Assembly: GCA_963666515.2 (NCBI GenBank)
Contig: OY762897.2
Location: forward strand, 2,976,001-3,040,000
DNA: 64,000 bases
Reading direction: 5' to 3'
Source of the DNA: Candidatus Binatia bacterium
GTDB taxonomy: Bacteria; Desulfobacterota; Binatia; UBA9968; JAJDTQ01
Shown here piece after piece: positions 63,861 to 64,000 of the stretch (the stretch's first letter is position 1; every line of letters starts with the position of its first letter). The notes beneath the pieces are model-generated. The model was not told where the DNA came from. It worked only from the letters and a program-made list of their open reading frames with translations, and did no database searches. A program made the translations under genes and the position numbers.

Positions 63861-64000
63861 CCTCAAAGGCCCTTTTGGTCAGGAGCTCCGGGACACTCAC
63901 ACCCAGTGCAGCGGCCAAAGTTTCTAGCGTCTTGAGCGTCACGTTACGCTCACCCCTCTCCACCGACCCCACGTATGTCCGGTGCAGATTGCATATGCCA
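63850..64000 (-). CDS. R-M controller (C) protein, XRE HTH (3' part, runs off window end)
   Basis: Manual translation GICNLHRTYVGSVERGERNVTLKTLETLAAALGVSVPELL...*; the stop overlaps the REase start. Not in the ORF track. Confidence 0.85.
   Translation of the reverse strand, partial: GICNLHRTYVGSVERGERNVTLKTLETLAAALGVSVPELLTKRAFEDDR

Overview
High-GC bacterial chromosomal window. The gene set (hydantoinases, TAXI-TRAP, MetE-like enzyme, dispersed palindromes) suggests a Deltaproteobacteria-like or Binatota lineage, but this is inference only. The core backbone is mraZ (partial) and rnpB, purB-C-S-Q-L-F, rimP-nusA-ylxR-infB-DUF503-rbfA-truB-rpsO-pnp-M16 peptidase-dut, ntrB/ntrC-like-thiE, queF-dnaB and gltA-aguB-aguA. 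Accessory catabolic modules are one hydantoinase A with two B paralogs; a TAXI-TRAP plus E1alpha/E1beta plus quinone reductase cassette with no E2/E3; a lone dimethylformamidase large subunit; an Xsc-like ThDP enzyme; and a short reductive-dehalogenase-like protein. There are two lower-GC islands. The first (10.24-13.88 kb) holds an RHH gene remnant, an orphan DNA methyltransferase, small membrane or secreted genes and an unannotated ~123-nt multi-stem RNA that starts at a predicted sigma70 transcription start. The second (60.65-64 kb) holds a 10-bp tandem array and a controller-regulated type II R-M system. The best candidate for something undescribed is the structured leader RNA at 11946-12068. 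No CRISPR array, tRNA, rRNA, integrase or transposase was seen. All calls come from reading the sequence by eye; no searches were run.
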